This document shows positions 41,306 through 51,587 of a DNA stretch of 64,000 nt, in pieces. The position numbers were made by a program, and so were the translations under genes. Positions within the stretch are counted from its first letter, which is position 1. Each line of letters starts with the position of its first letter. The DNA lies in assembly GCA_036170555.1 (NCBI GenBank), contig JAVHPL010000005.1:529-64528 (forward strand), in the 5' to 3' direction. The notes below the pieces were generated by a model. The model did not search any database and was not told the origin of the DNA. It saw only the letters and a program-made list of their open reading frames with translations. Source of the DNA: Sediminibacterium sp. (GTDB lineage: Bacteria > Bacteroidota > Bacteroidia > Chitinophagales > Chitinophagaceae).

Positions 41306-41483
41306 CTCTTACCCCCAATTATTACTGTAAGTAACTAGGTAAAAATGATTAATATAATGAAACAAAAAGTTATTTTTATTTAAACAAGCTAAATTCTTTC
41401 ATGAACAAGGCAATTTATTTTGTGATGCCTTTTTTGAGAATTCACATACGAACTTATATTAATATCATTCATTATCTTCAATT

Positions 41484-44429
41484 ATGCGGCGTTTATTCAT
41501 ATTATTTTTGATTTTATTAATGGCAGATAAACTAACTGCACAATTTCCGTATACACAAAAATTTAATGCGCAGGTTAAACTCCCTACACAAGTAATATAT
41601 GATATGCTTGCCGATAGTAAAGGCTATATATGGTTGGCTACCGATAAAGGGCTATATCGTTTTAATGGAAGTCGTTTTACAGAAATTCCTTTTGATAAAA
41701 CAAGCTTGAAATCTATTAGTTATTTACAACAAGATCCAGCGGGGAATATTTGGTGCATGAATTTTTATAAAGAATTATTTTATTTTAAAAATGATACCCT
41801 TCACAAATTCAATTTAAAAAATCCGGAAAAATTTACGAATGCTACTTTTTTAAATTTAGTGGTAACAACAAATGATATTTGGATTGGTACTTTTGAGGAA
41901 TTATATCAAATCAATAAAAAAACAGGTGATCCTATTCAAAAAATTATTCCTCCAAAAGCGGGTATAAGTTACTTATTGAATATGGGAGATACCATTTATG
42001 CTTATGGAGGCAATGGTTGGCTTTTTACTTATCCTAAGTTTGGCAAACAAAATTGGGAGAAAACAAATTATCAAAATTTAGGGAATATACATATCGTTAG
42101 TAATGGAAAATCATTATTTGTATCTTCTATAGGTACTATACGAACACCCGGTTTTAAAATTGATCAGCATAAATTATCTTCCATTCCTGCATTGCAAATT
42201 CCGTCTAATACAGTGGTATATCATTTTGCAACAACGGATATAGATGAGCAGTGGGTTTGTACACAATCTGGGGGTTATTTATGGAATGTAAAAACAGGAA
42301 AAACCACTTTATATTTTCCTAATCAAAGTATTACAGATATTGTAAAAGATTATCAAGGCAATTATTGGGTTGCTACTTTAGACAATGGATTATTTGTTTG
42401 CCCTTCTTTAGAAAATAAATTATATAAAATGCATTTGGGAGAGCTAGACAATATAACATCCATTGCCGCCATTAATAATCATCAGGTAGTTACAGGAAGT
42501 AGTAAGGGGTTGTTAACCAGTTTTGATGTACTCAATAATTCTATTTTTCAATATAATTTAACAGATGCCAGGGAAATAGAATTTATTCATTATGATACTA
42601 TTTCAAAAAATATTTTTAGCAATAGAGGTATTATTAAAGTAGGAGAAAAAAATCCAATTGAAAACTATGATTATAGTAAACAAGTTGCGAGAGATCCATT
42701 TGGCAATATGATTGTTGCCTATTTTAATGGTGCTTATATTATAAATAATCGCTTTGGATTGTATAGTGGCAGAACCCCAAAGATTACTTGTAATTTATAT
42801 AAAAAATTTAGCCCTTCCATGGTGTATCGGCTTATAAAAGATGCATTGATACTAAGAACTACCCGAAGCAATACCGTATTAGCCTCTGCTAATAAAAAGC
42901 AGTTTTGGATAGCTTATGTTGATGGATTATTTGAGTATCATTACCAAGACTCCTTTCGTATTATTAAAAATACAGAAGGCTTACCCATTGTTGCCAAAAC
43001 ATTATTTGAAATGAAAGATGGATCCTTAATTGCAGGAACCTCTACCGATGGAATTTATATAATAAAAGATGGTTTGGTAACGCATCACTTTGATAAATTA
43101 ACCGGATTAAAAAGTGATAATATAAAGCATTGTAAATATTTTAATAATGCTATTTGGGCTTTAACCGATGAAAGTCTTGAGTTAATAAATATATCAACTG
43201 GAGCTATTAGAAATTTATCGGATGAATTTGGTTTTGAACAATTACAAGTGAACGATTTTACTGTAAATCCAGCAAGATTTTTTTTGGCAACAACCAATGG
43301 GGTATTGGTAAATAGTTTTCCTACAAATAAACAAGAAAGGGTAATTAGTTTCCCAACTTTTAATGCAACAGCTAACGAAAATGAATTTGTTGACCAAGCA
43401 ATATTACCTTTTAATACAAACAATATCATTTTTAATATAGAAGCACTCCATTTTAAATCGCCAACATCTTTAATGTATAAATACAGAATGATTGGGTTAG
43501 ATTCTACTTGGAGAACCACTAATTATTTCACTCAATCAATTACATACAGTAGATTATTGGCAGGTAAATATACATTTCAAATTCAGGCTCAGGACAGAAG
43601 TGGCTACTACAAAAGCAAATTATTGGTGCATACATTTAAAATACAATTGCCATTTTGGTTAAGATGGTGGTTTATTTTATTGGTTTTATTTTCACTAATA
43701 TTATTAGTATATATATTGCTTAAGTGGTGGTCTAAAAGAATTTTAATTCAACAAACATTAAAAGAACAATTATTTAAAAGCCAGTTAGTAGCATTAAGAT
43801 CTCAAATGAACCCTCATTTCTTGTATAATGTATTAAATACAGTTCAGGGGCTTTTATACGATAATAGAAAAACAGAAGCTGGAACTTTGCTAGGAAATTT
43901 TAGTGACTTGATGCGTAAAATTTTAAAAGCAAGCGATACTCAATTACAAACTTTGCAAGAAGAAGTAGAGAATTTAAACTTATATCTCCAATTAGAGAAG
44001 GCACGTTTTGATACCGATTTTAATTATTCCATTCAAACTAATTTAACAGAAGATGCCTCTTCTATTTATATTCCTTCATTAATGTTACAACCATTTGTAG
44101 AAAATGCAGTAAAACATGGTTTAATGCACAAGCATGGCTTAAAAGAATTGTTCATTATATTTGATCAAATAGAGGGGGGATTAAAAGTAGTAATAGAAGA
44201 TAATGGGATAGGACGAAAACATTCGGAAATTATCAATAGCAGAAATAAATCTAAACCATCCAGTTTTGCCACAAAAGCCATTGAAGAGCGCATTCAACTC
44301 TTTAATAGGTTGTACAAGCAAAAAATTACTTATACGGTAATAGATAAAACAGATGAAGGGAATTTGCCTATTGGCACTTTGGTTTCTATTTTTATTCCAG
44401 ATTACACCAATGAAGCATCCCAATTTTAA
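41484..44429 (+). CDS. LytS/YehU-type sensor histidine kinase with periplasmic beta-propeller and Y_Y_Y domain
   Basis: Signal peptide, repeated WLAT/WVAT-type propeller blades, YKYRMIG, TM, QMNPHF, LQPFVENAVKHG, DNGIG. Confidence 0.9.
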   Translation: MRRLFILFLILLMADKLTAQFPYTQKFNAQVKLPTQVIYDMLADSKGYIWLATDKGLYRFNGSRFTEIPFDKTSLKSISYLQQDPAGNIWCMNFYKELFYFKNDTLHKFNLKNPEKFTNATFLNLVVTTNDIWIGTFEELYQINKKTGDPIQKIIPPKAGISYLLNMGDTIYAYGGNGWLFTYPKFGKQNWEKTNYQNLGNIHIVSNGKSLFVSSIGTIRTPGFKIDQHKLSSIPALQIPSNTVVYHFATTDIDEQWVCTQSGGYLWNVKTGKTTLYFPNQSITDIVKDYQGNYWVATLDNGLFVCPSLENKLYKMHLGELDNITSIAAINNHQVVTGSSKGLLTSFDVLNNSIFQYNLTDAREIEFIHYDTISKNIFSNRGIIKVGEKNPIENYDYSKQVARDPFGNMIVAYFNGAYIINNRFGLYSGRTPKITCNLYKKFSPSMVYRLIKDALILRTTRSNTVLASANKKQFWIAYVDGLFEYHYQDSFRIIKNTEGLPIVAKTLFEMKDGSLIAGTSTDGIYIIKDGLVTHHFDKLTGLKSDNIKHCKYFNNAIWALTDESLELINISTGAIRNLSDEFGFEQLQVNDFTVNPARFFLATTNGVLVNSFPTNKQERVISFPTFNATANENEFVDQAILPFNTNNIIFNIEALHFKSPTSLMYKYRMIGLDSTWRTTNYFTQSITYSRLLAGKYTFQIQAQDRSGYYKSKLLVHTFKIQLPFWLRWWFILLVLFSLILLVYILLKWWSKRILIQQTLKEQLFKSQLVALRSQMNPHFLYNVLNTVQGLLYDNRKTEAGTLLGNFSDLMRKILKASDTQLQTLQEEVENLNLYLQLEKARFDTDFNYSIQTNLTEDASSIYIPSLMLQPFVENAVKHGLMHKHGLKELFIIFDQIEGGLKVVIEDNGIGRKHSEIINSRNKSKPSSFATKAIEERIQLFNRLYKQKITYTVIDKTDEGNLPIGTLVSIFIPDYTNEASQF

Positions 44430-44436
44430 TAAAAAG

Positions 44437-44466
44437 GCAGTTTCACAAACAATTTACCCAGTATTA
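44437..44466 (+). promoter_or_regulatory. Candidate LytTR-binding direct repeat (GCAGTTTCA / CCAGTATTA, 21-bp period)
   Basis: Imperfect 9-mers 21 bp apart upstream of the LytTR gene; TAACTTCG -7-like box at 44499-44506. Confidence 0.35.
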
Positions 44467-44509
44467 AAAAACTAATTTTATTTAGCAATGATGAGTATTA
44501 ACTTCGATC

Positions 44510-45259
44510 ATGATGGAACTAATTAAAGCAATCATTGTAGATGATGAACCCAATGCACAAAAAGCATTGCAGGGACTTTTAGTGGAAAACTTTGAGCAAG
44601 TAAAAATTGTAGCACTTTGTAAAGATGTTCCCGAAGCGGTAAAAACTATTCATAAACTAAAGCCCGATTTGGTTTTTTTAGATATTGAAATGCCAGGCTA
44701 TAATGGATTTGAATTATTAGATTTTTTTGATGCTCAGCAAATTGACTTTAAAATCATTTTTGTTACTGCCTATAGTGATTATTCACTTAGAGCATTTGAG
44801 AGTTCTGCGGTAGATTATATTTTAAAACCAGTTCGCTTAGAGCATGTGGCACGGGCATTAAAAAAACTATCTATAGAAAAGCCGGAAGCTGATAAAATTC
44901 AATACCAGGTGTTAAGAGACAATTTTACTCAGCAGGAAAAGAAAATCGTTCTACAAACTTCCGAAACCATTTTTGTAGTGAAGCAAGATGACATTATTTA
45001 TTTGCAAGCAGAAGGAAGCTATACCAAAATATTTACTACTACTCATGGAACACTTACCATCACAAAGAAATTATTAGACTTTGAATACCTAGAAATAGAT
45101 GGTCCCTTTTTTAGAACCCACCGAAGCTTTATTGTTAACTTAAACCATATTAAAAAAGTAGATAAAAAAGATTTTGTACTGATTATGAGTAACGAAGCGG
45201 CTGTTTACTTAGCTCAAGACAAAAAGAATCAACTACTTACAAAAATTATTACACAATAA
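44510..45259 (+). CDS. LytTR-family response regulator
   Basis: REC (IVDDE, FLDIEMP, FVTAY, LKP) plus LytTR (FFRTHRSFIVNL). Confidence 0.93.
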   Translation: MMELIKAIIVDDEPNAQKALQGLLVENFEQVKIVALCKDVPEAVKTIHKLKPDLVFLDIEMPGYNGFELLDFFDAQQIDFKIIFVTAYSDYSLRAFESSAVDYILKPVRLEHVARALKKLSIEKPEADKIQYQVLRDNFTQQEKKIVLQTSETIFVVKQDDIIYLQAEGSYTKIFTTTHGTLTITKKLLDFEYLEIDGPFFRTHRSFIVNLNHIKKVDKKDFVLIMSNEAAVYLAQDKKNQLLTKIITQ

Positions 45260-45260
45260 G

Positions 45261-46016
45261 CTATACCCATTCTACAGATCCGTGGGCAAATTGAAGTTCT
45301 ATACCAGCCGTTACTAGTAAATCTCCGTTTTCAGTTACCGATTGAATAGTATAATCACCCACTATATTGTTTCTTTTAAGCCTAACTGTACTATTCTTTT
45401 TGTATAAATGTTGCCTATACAAGGATAATAATTGGGCAAATCCATTTGCTTTTAATTGTTGGTAACGTAGTTCTAAGAAATGACAAAGCTCTTTTGCTAG
45501 TTGAATAGGATCCTGTGATTTACCCGTAATTTGTTTTATAGAAACGGCTTTATTGGCTAGGCTAGAAAAATGGGTTTGATTTACATTGATGCCAATTCCA
45601 ACTACAGCCCAAGGCCATTTATCTCCAAAAACGCTAGTTTCGATTAATATACCGGCTGTCTTTCTGTCACGCCAGTACAAATCATTGGGCCATTTAATAC
45701 TCAATTCATCAGGAATATATTGCGCTAAAAAATCAAAACAGGCCAATGCCACCATCACCGTTAAGTGAAATTGTTGGCTTATCATTAAGAATTGGGTGTT
45801 TAAAACCACTGATAACAATATATTCTCTCCTTTGCCAGCCTCCCATTGTTTGCCTCTTTGCCCTTTTCCTGCTGTTTGTTCATTGGCAAAATAAGCTGCT
45901 CCATGAACAGCCAAATTAGCTTGTAACTGTTCCATGGCATAAATGTTGGTACTATCTACAACGGATAGTTCTGAAAACGGGTTACCGATAGTACTTTTAA
46001 CAGATTTTCGTGGCAA
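45261..46016 (-). CDS. birA: Biotin-[acetyl-CoA carboxylase] ligase without an HTH domain
   Basis: VDSTN, EQTAGKGQRGKQW, KWPND, GILIE, GIGINVNQ; TTG start; TAACTTTG box at 46034-46041. Confidence 0.92.
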   Translation of the reverse strand: MPRKSVKSTIGNPFSELSVVDSTNIYAMEQLQANLAVHGAAYFANEQTAGKGQRGKQWEAGKGENILLSVVLNTQFLMISQQFHLTVMVALACFDFLAQYIPDELSIKWPNDLYWRDRKTAGILIETSVFGDKWPWAVVGIGINVNQTHFSSLANKAVSIKQITGKSQDPIQLAKELCHFLELRYQQLKANGFAQLLSLYRQHLYKKNSTVRLKRNNIVGDYTIQSVTENGDLLVTAGIELQFAHGSVEWV

Positions 46017-46078
46017 AGAATTACTATTTTTGACAAAGTTAAACAGGCTTAATTAATTAACTAAAATATTCATCATTA

Positions 46079-46477
46079 TTGGAACCTCTTTCTGTTCTAC
46101 AATCGCGTAACAAAAGTACCGTAACCAGGTTAACGCGTAACTCGAAAATCTTCAAAACCATTATTCAAGCAATCTTAGATAAGAAAGGGGATAATGTGCT
46201 TAGTTTAGACTTAAGAAAAATACCCGAAGCGGCGGCTGATTTTTTTATTGTATGTGAAGCATCCAGTACAACTCAGGTAAAAGCAATTAGTGAATATATA
46301 GAAGACCAAGTGAAAGCGATATGTGGGGAAGATCCTTATAAACATGAAGGAAAACAAGTAGGTCAGTGGGTATTAATAGATTATGTGAATGTGGTAATAC
46401 ATATCATGCACCCAGAATCAAGAAAATTTTATCAATTAGAAGAAATGTGGAGTGATGCAGTATCTATGATGCATTAA
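46079..46477 (+). CDS. rsfS: Ribosome silencing factor
   Basis: DKKG, DFFIVC, QVKAI, WVLIDY..VVIHIM, RKFYQLEEMW; TTG start. Confidence 0.93.
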   Translation: MEPLSVLQSRNKSTVTRLTRNSKIFKTIIQAILDKKGDNVLSLDLRKIPEAAADFFIVCEASSTTQVKAISEYIEDQVKAICGEDPYKHEGKQVGQWVLIDYVNVVIHIMHPESRKFYQLEEMWSDAVSMMH

Positions 46478-46536
46478 TATCCTAATACCTTAAACTTTTT
46501 AAGGATTTATTTTTTATTATAGAGGAATATCAAGCT

Positions 46537-48651
46537 ATGGCAAAGGAAAATCGTCAATTTAAAGACATGAATCAGCAAAAAGGAGACAGCTCTAAAAAGG
46601 GCCCCAAATTTAATATATACTGGATCTATGCAATCGTTGCAGTGATGTTGTTATCAACGCAATTCATGCGCTTCTCCCCAGATCTTACCAAAACAAGTGA
46701 GCAGGAGTTTATAAACAATATGCTTATTAAGGGAGATGTAGATCGGATGGATATTGTTAAAAATAAAGATCGCATACGCGTTTATATTAAGCTTGATAGC
46801 TTAGCAAAAGATTTTTATGTAACCAAGTTTAAAAAAGACTTAAGTAAGGAAAAAGCCAAACTAAAAGGAGTGCCCTTGTTTGAGTTTGAAGTAACGGATA
46901 TTAAAAGTTTCAAAGACGATTTAAAAGAAATTTACATAGCCAACCCTGCAATAACCAAAGTTCCAGATAACCCTGTATCAGACCCCGAATGGTTTGGCCC
47001 AGTTTTCAACACAGTACTGTCTTTGCTCTTTATTATAGGGGCATGGGTATTATTGATGCGTAAAATGGGTGGTGGACCAGGCGGCGGCGGTGGCGCAGGG
47101 GGTATTTTTAATATTGGAAAATCTAAAGCTACTCTATTTGATAAGGGCGCAAAAGTAAATATCACATTTGCCGATGTAGCAGGTTTAGACGAAGCAAAAG
47201 TAGAAGTGATGGAGATTGTAGATTTCCTGAAGAACCCTAAAAAATATACTGCGCTAGGAGGTAAAATACCTAAAGGAGCATTGTTAGTGGGCCCTCCAGG
47301 AACGGGTAAAACCTTATTAGCTAAAGCGATGGCTGGTGAAGCGCAAGTACCATTCTTTAGTTTAAGCGGAAGTGATTTTGTAGAAATGTTTGTAGGAGTT
47401 GGAGCAAGTAGGGTACGTGATTTATTTAAACAAGCAAGAGAAAAAGCACCATGTATTATTTTTATAGATGAAATTGATGCAATAGGAAGAGCTCGAGGTA
47501 GAAATGCCATCATGAGCAATGATGAAAGAGAAAATACCCTTAACCAGTTATTGGTAGAAATGGACGGTTTTGGTGGAGATACTGGTATCATTATTTTGGC
47601 AGCAACCAATAGACCAGATGTATTAGATACAGCACTATTAAGACCAGGAAGATTTGATCGTCAAATTTCTATTGATAAGCCCGATGTTAAAGGAAGAGAG
47701 TCTATTTTAAAAGTGCATTTGCAGCCTATTAAAGTTTCTGAAACATTGGATTTACATAAACTGGCCGAACAAACACCCGGATTTGCAGGTGCAGATATTG
47801 CCAATGTATGTAATGAAGCTGCATTGATAGCTGCTCGTAAAGGCAAGGAAGCAGTAGACATGAGTGATTTTCAGGATGCGATTGACCGAGTAATTGGTGG
47901 ATTAGAAAAGAAAAATAAAATCATTGCACCACATGAAAAAGCCATCATTGCATATCATGAAGCAGGTCATGCAATATGTGGTTGGTTTTTAGAACATGCC
48001 TATCCATTATTAAAAGTAACTATTGTTCCAAGAGGTACGGCTGCATTGGGTTACGCGCAATACACACCAACAGAACAATACTTATACAATACCGATCAAT
48101 TAATGGATCAGATTTGTATGACATTGGGCGGAAGAGCTGCTGAAGAAATATTTTTTGGTAAAATTTCTACAGGTGCAGCAAACGACTTACAACAAATTAC
48201 ACGTATTGCTTACAGTATGGTAACTGCTTACGGTATGAATAAAAAAGTAGGTAATGTAAGTTTCTACGATCCTTCTCAAGAAAACACATTCACTAAACCT
48301 TATAGTGAAGAAACAGGTAAAATAATAGATGAAGAGGTTCGTGGAATTATAGATGATGCATATCAACGCACTTTAGACTTATTAACGTTGAAAAAGCATG
48401 AAGTAGAAGTATTGGCCAAGGAATTATTAGACAAAGAAGTATTACATAAATCGGATGTAGAAACCTTAATAGGTAAACGACCATTTGAAGAAAAGAAATT
48501 ATTGGAAATTGAATTAGATTCAATTGTTGTTCCAGGAGCTGAGAAACATGAAGAAACTGTTGAAGAGAAACATGAAGAAACTGCTGTTGATCAAAAAGAA
48601 GAATCAGCGGCAGAAGACAATCTACTCAACAAAGAAATACCGAAAAACTAA
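46537..48651 (+). CDS. ftsH: ATP-dependent zinc metalloprotease FtsH
   Basis: Two TMs, [38 protein letters not shown]. Confidence 0.97.
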   Translation: MAKENRQFKDMNQQKGDSSKKGPKFNIYWIYAIVAVMLLSTQFMRFSPDLTKTSEQEFINNMLIKGDVDRMDIVKNKDRIRVYIKLDSLAKDFYVTKFKKDLSKEKAKLKGVPLFEFEVTDIKSFKDDLKEIYIANPAITKVPDNPVSDPEWFGPVFNTVLSLLFIIGAWVLLMRKMGGGPGGGGGAGGIFNIGKSKATLFDKGAKVNITFADVAGLDEAKVEVMEIVDFLKNPKKYTALGGKIPKGALLVGPPGTGKTLLAKAMAGEAQVPFFSLSGSDFVEMFVGVGASRVRDLFKQAREKAPCIIFIDEIDAIGRARGRNAIMSNDERENTLNQLLVEMDGFGGDTGIIILAATNRPDVLDTALLRPGRFDRQISIDKPDVKGRESILKVHLQPIKVSETLDLHKLAEQTPGFAGADIANVCNEAALIAARKGKEAVDMSDFQDAIDRVIGGLEKKNKIIAPHEKAIIAYHEAGHAICGWFLEHAYPLLKVTIVPRGTAALGYAQYTPTEQYLYNTDQLMDQICMTLGGRAAEEIFFGKISTGAANDLQQITRIAYSMVTAYGMNKKVGNVSFYDPSQENTFTKPYSEETGKIIDEEVRGIIDDAYQRTLDLLTLKKHEVEVLAKELLDKEVLHKSDVETLIGKRPFEEKKLLEIELDSIVVPGAEKHEETVEEKHEETAVDQKEESAAEDNLLNKEIPKN
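48541..48583 (+). repeat. In-frame 19-bp direct repeat (GAGAAACATGAAGAAACTG x2, 24-bp period) in the ftsH acidic tail
   Basis: Copies at 48541-48559 and 48565-48583 encode EKHEET twice. Confidence 0.9.
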
Positions 48652-48653
48652 AG

Positions 48654-49283
48654 ATGTTGTCATCAAGAGAACATATTTTGCAAAAAATTAAACAGGCACT
48701 TGTGCAAAAACTGCCTGTTCCTTTTTCGGAAGCTCCTCAAAATCCCTCTCATTTTGCTTCATCAGCAAAGGAGTTGGAATTAGAATTTGCAGAAAACTTT
48801 ACAGGTTTGCTAGGCAAGTTTTCATACTGTATCAATAAAATGGAGCTGATTGATCAGTTAAAAGCACTTTTTGAAACAAGGGGATGGAAAAATATTTATT
48901 GTAGAGAAGAAACCATTAAAGAAAGTTTTACTAAACAAGGATATACCTTAACTTATACCAATGATTTGGCGAACTGTGATGTAGCATTAACAGGTTGTGA
49001 ATATTTGGTTTCACGTACGGGTAGTATATTATTGAGTAGTGCAATGCAAAGCGGAAGAACCGTAAGTGTATACGCTCCAGTGCATATTTGCATAGCAAAA
49101 TCTACCCAATTGGTATATGATGTAGAAGATGCTATTATGCAGTTGAGAACCCGATATGGGGCCAATTTTCCTTCTATGGTAAGTTTGGCAACTGGCCCAA
49201 GTAGAACTGCAGATATAGAAAAAACCCTGGTAGTAGGTGTGCATGGCCCCAAAGAAGTATTTTGTTTTTTGATAGATGAATGA
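48654..49283 (+). CDS. LUD-domain protein (LutC/YkgG family)
   Basis: SREHILQKIK, GSILL, PVHICI, GPSRTADIEKTLVVGVHGPK. Confidence 0.88.
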   Translation: MLSSREHILQKIKQALVQKLPVPFSEAPQNPSHFASSAKELELEFAENFTGLLGKFSYCINKMELIDQLKALFETRGWKNIYCREETIKESFTKQGYTLTYTNDLANCDVALTGCEYLVSRTGSILLSSAMQSGRTVSVYAPVHICIAKSTQLVYDVEDAIMQLRTRYGANFPSMVSLATGPSRTADIEKTLVVGVHGPKEVFCFLIDE

Positions 49284-49720
49284 TAAATTCAGGTATGGAT
49301 AAGATTCCCCAAAAACTATTTGTATACAGTTCGCTAAGAAGTGGATTTCAGCATCCCGCATACGCCTATATCAGTAAATACTTTACCCTGGAAGGAGAAG
49401 CAATTGTAAAAGGTAAATTGTACGATTTAGGAGATAATATAGTAGGAATTCCTACAGCCGAAAATTATTTTGTAAAAGGAGAATTGTATGTAATAAAGGA
49501 GCCTGCTGAATTTTCTTGGGCAATGGCTCAATTGGATGATTATGAAGGAGCATTAAATCAGGAGGAATCTATTTTGCCATTATATATACGCGCATTAAAT
49601 ACAGTGTATATAAATGGAGCAGAAGAGAAAGCCTGGATTTATTGGTTTAATGGTACAATACAAAATGGAAAATTCATTGAATCTGGAGATATACTTGCCT
49701 ATCTGCAAGCAAAGAAATAA
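49280..49720 (+). CDS. Gamma-glutamylcyclotransferase-like (AIG2/GGACT) protein
   Basis: LFVYSSLR (cf. FVYGTL), VKGELY, LDDYEG, AWIYW. Confidence 0.78.
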   Translation: MINSGMDKIPQKLFVYSSLRSGFQHPAYAYISKYFTLEGEAIVKGKLYDLGDNIVGIPTAENYFVKGELYVIKEPAEFSWAMAQLDDYEGALNQEESILPLYIRALNTVYINGAEEKAWIYWFNGTIQNGKFIESGDILAYLQAKK

Positions 49721-49728
49721 TCAATCTC

Positions 49729-50484
49729 ATGACAGTTACGCCGGGTAAAAAAATATATTTTCTTTCCGATTTTCATTTAGGTGCTCCTCACGCAGCAGGT
49801 AGTTTGCTTAGAGAAAAAAAGTTGGTTCGGTTTTTAGAAGAAATACGTTCTACCGCAACAGCTATTTTTATTGTTGGTGATATTTTTGATTTTTGGTATG
49901 AGTATGATAAAGTAGTACCCAAAGGATATGTTAGATTATTGGGAAAGCTAGCTGAATTAACCGACGCAGGAATTCCCATTCATGTATTTGTAGGCAATCA
50001 TGATATGTGGATGAGTGGCTACTTTGAGCAAGAGTTAAACATTCCTGTTTACCATGAGCCCAAGGCTTTTACATGGAATAATAAACAATTTTTAATTGGT
50101 CATGGAGACGGACTAGGACCTGGTGATCAAGGCTACAAGTTTATAAAAAAAATATTTAGAAATCCTATTTGCCATTGGTTGTTTGGCATCTTGCATCCCA
50201 ACTGGGGAATTGGAATTGCCAATTATTTTAGTAGAAAGAGCAGAGAAAAAACAGGCAATGCCGATGCAGCTTTTTTAGGGGAAGATAAAGAATGGTTAAT
50301 CGTTTATTGTAAAGAGCTCATTAAAACAAAACCCTACCATTTTTTAATATTTGGGCATCGTCATTTTCCTATTGATTTTGCATTATCTGAACAAAGCAGA
50401 TATATAAATTTAGGAGATTGGATTAGCAATTTCACTTATGCAGAATTTGATGGAAATGATATGAAATTATGTAGCTACAAATAA
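49729..50484 (+). CDS. lpxH: UDP-2,3-diacylglucosamine diphosphatase
   Basis: Metallophosphoesterase motifs SDFHLG, GDIFD, GNHD, HGD, GHRH, NLGDW. Confidence 0.85.
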   Translation: MTVTPGKKIYFLSDFHLGAPHAAGSLLREKKLVRFLEEIRSTATAIFIVGDIFDFWYEYDKVVPKGYVRLLGKLAELTDAGIPIHVFVGNHDMWMSGYFEQELNIPVYHEPKAFTWNNKQFLIGHGDGLGPGDQGYKFIKKIFRNPICHWLFGILHPNWGIGIANYFSRKSREKTGNADAAFLGEDKEWLIVYCKELIKTKPYHFLIFGHRHFPIDFALSEQSRYINLGDWISNFTYAEFDGNDMKLCSYK

Positions 50485-50498
50485 AATAGTTTTATTAC

Positions 50499-51587
50499 AT
50501 GAAATCCATTTTACAGCAAGTAGTTTTAAATAATACCATTGAAAATTTTCTTTATGTGACAATGGTATTGCTAATGGTATTTGTACTAAAGCGAATCATC
50601 TCTAAATATGTAGCCAAGCTTTTATTTAAATTGCTTGGGAAAGCCAGTAAAAGTATTGCGAGAGAGTCATTTTTAAATTTAGTGGTACAGCCTTTAGATT
50701 TATTTTTAGTAATCTTCATAAGTATGATTGCTTTAGATAGATTATACTTTCCAAATGCCTTTGATTTTACTATTTTCAGAATTACTTCTCGTAATCTCAT
50801 AGATGCGCTTGCAGATGGTATTTTAATAATTGCTTTTATATGGCTTTGTTTGCGAGTTATTGATTTTATTGCAATGATTTTAGAAGAAAAAGCCAACACA
50901 ACTGCTGATCAAACAGATAACCAGCTCATCATCTTTTTTAAAGATTTTTTTAAGGCAATCCTTATCCTGATTGGGGTATTATTAATTCTTCGATTTTCTT
51001 TTAATAAAAATATAGGGAGTTTACTTACTGGTTTGAGCATTGTGGGGGCAGCTTTGGCATTGGCAACACGAGAGAGTATGGAAAACTTGATAGCATCATT
51101 TATCATTTTTTTTGATAAACCATTTACCACTGGAGATCTAGTAAAAGTAAATGGCTTTACGGGTACTATTGAAAAAATAGGATTACGAAGTACTCGAATA
51201 CGCACATTAGAAAAAACATTTATTTCTGTACCCAATAAACAAATGGTAGATACCATAGTAGATAATATTTCATTAAGAACTCAGCGAAAGGCGGAATTTA
51301 AATTAGAGATAGATCTTAGTGCCAATGCCAATCAATTAAAAAAATTTATCACCCAAGTTAACTTACTTATTCAAACTCCATTTTCACAAAATAGTTTAGT
51401 ATACTTAATGGATACAGGAAAAAATGCGCATATTATTAGTATAGAATATTACACTACCATTGAACAAACCATTGAAACCTTTTTGCATAATAAGCAGCAA
51501 GTAACTTTAAATTTAATTGAATTGATGGAAGAGAATCAAATTAAATTAGCTGCATCTAGTACCGACATACGCGTTACAACTAATTAA
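50499..51587 (+). CDS. Small-conductance mechanosensitive channel (MscS family)
   Basis: ALALATRESMENL, FDKPFTTGD, GTIEKIGLRSTRIRT, VPN. Confidence 0.9.
   Translation: MKSILQQVVLNNTIENFLYVTMVLLMVFVLKRIISKYVAKLLFKLLGKASKSIARESFLNLVVQPLDLFLVIFISMIALDRLYFPNAFDFTIFRITSRNLIDALADGILIIAFIWLCLRVIDFIAMILEEKANTTADQTDNQLIIFFKDFFKAILILIGVLLILRFSFNKNIGSLLTGLSIVGAALALATRESMENLIASFIIFFDKPFTTGDLVKVNGFTGTIEKIGLRSTRIRTLEKTFISVPNKQMVDTIVDNISLRTQRKAEFKLEIDLSANANQLKKFITQVNLLIQTPFSQNSLVYLMDTGKNAHIISIEYYTTIEQTIETFLHNKQQVTLNLIELMEENQIKLAASSTDIRVTTN

Noticed and set aside
46932-47609. 225-aa minus-strand ORF inside ftsH
   Set aside because: Antisense shadow of a highly conserved gene; no recognisable motifs
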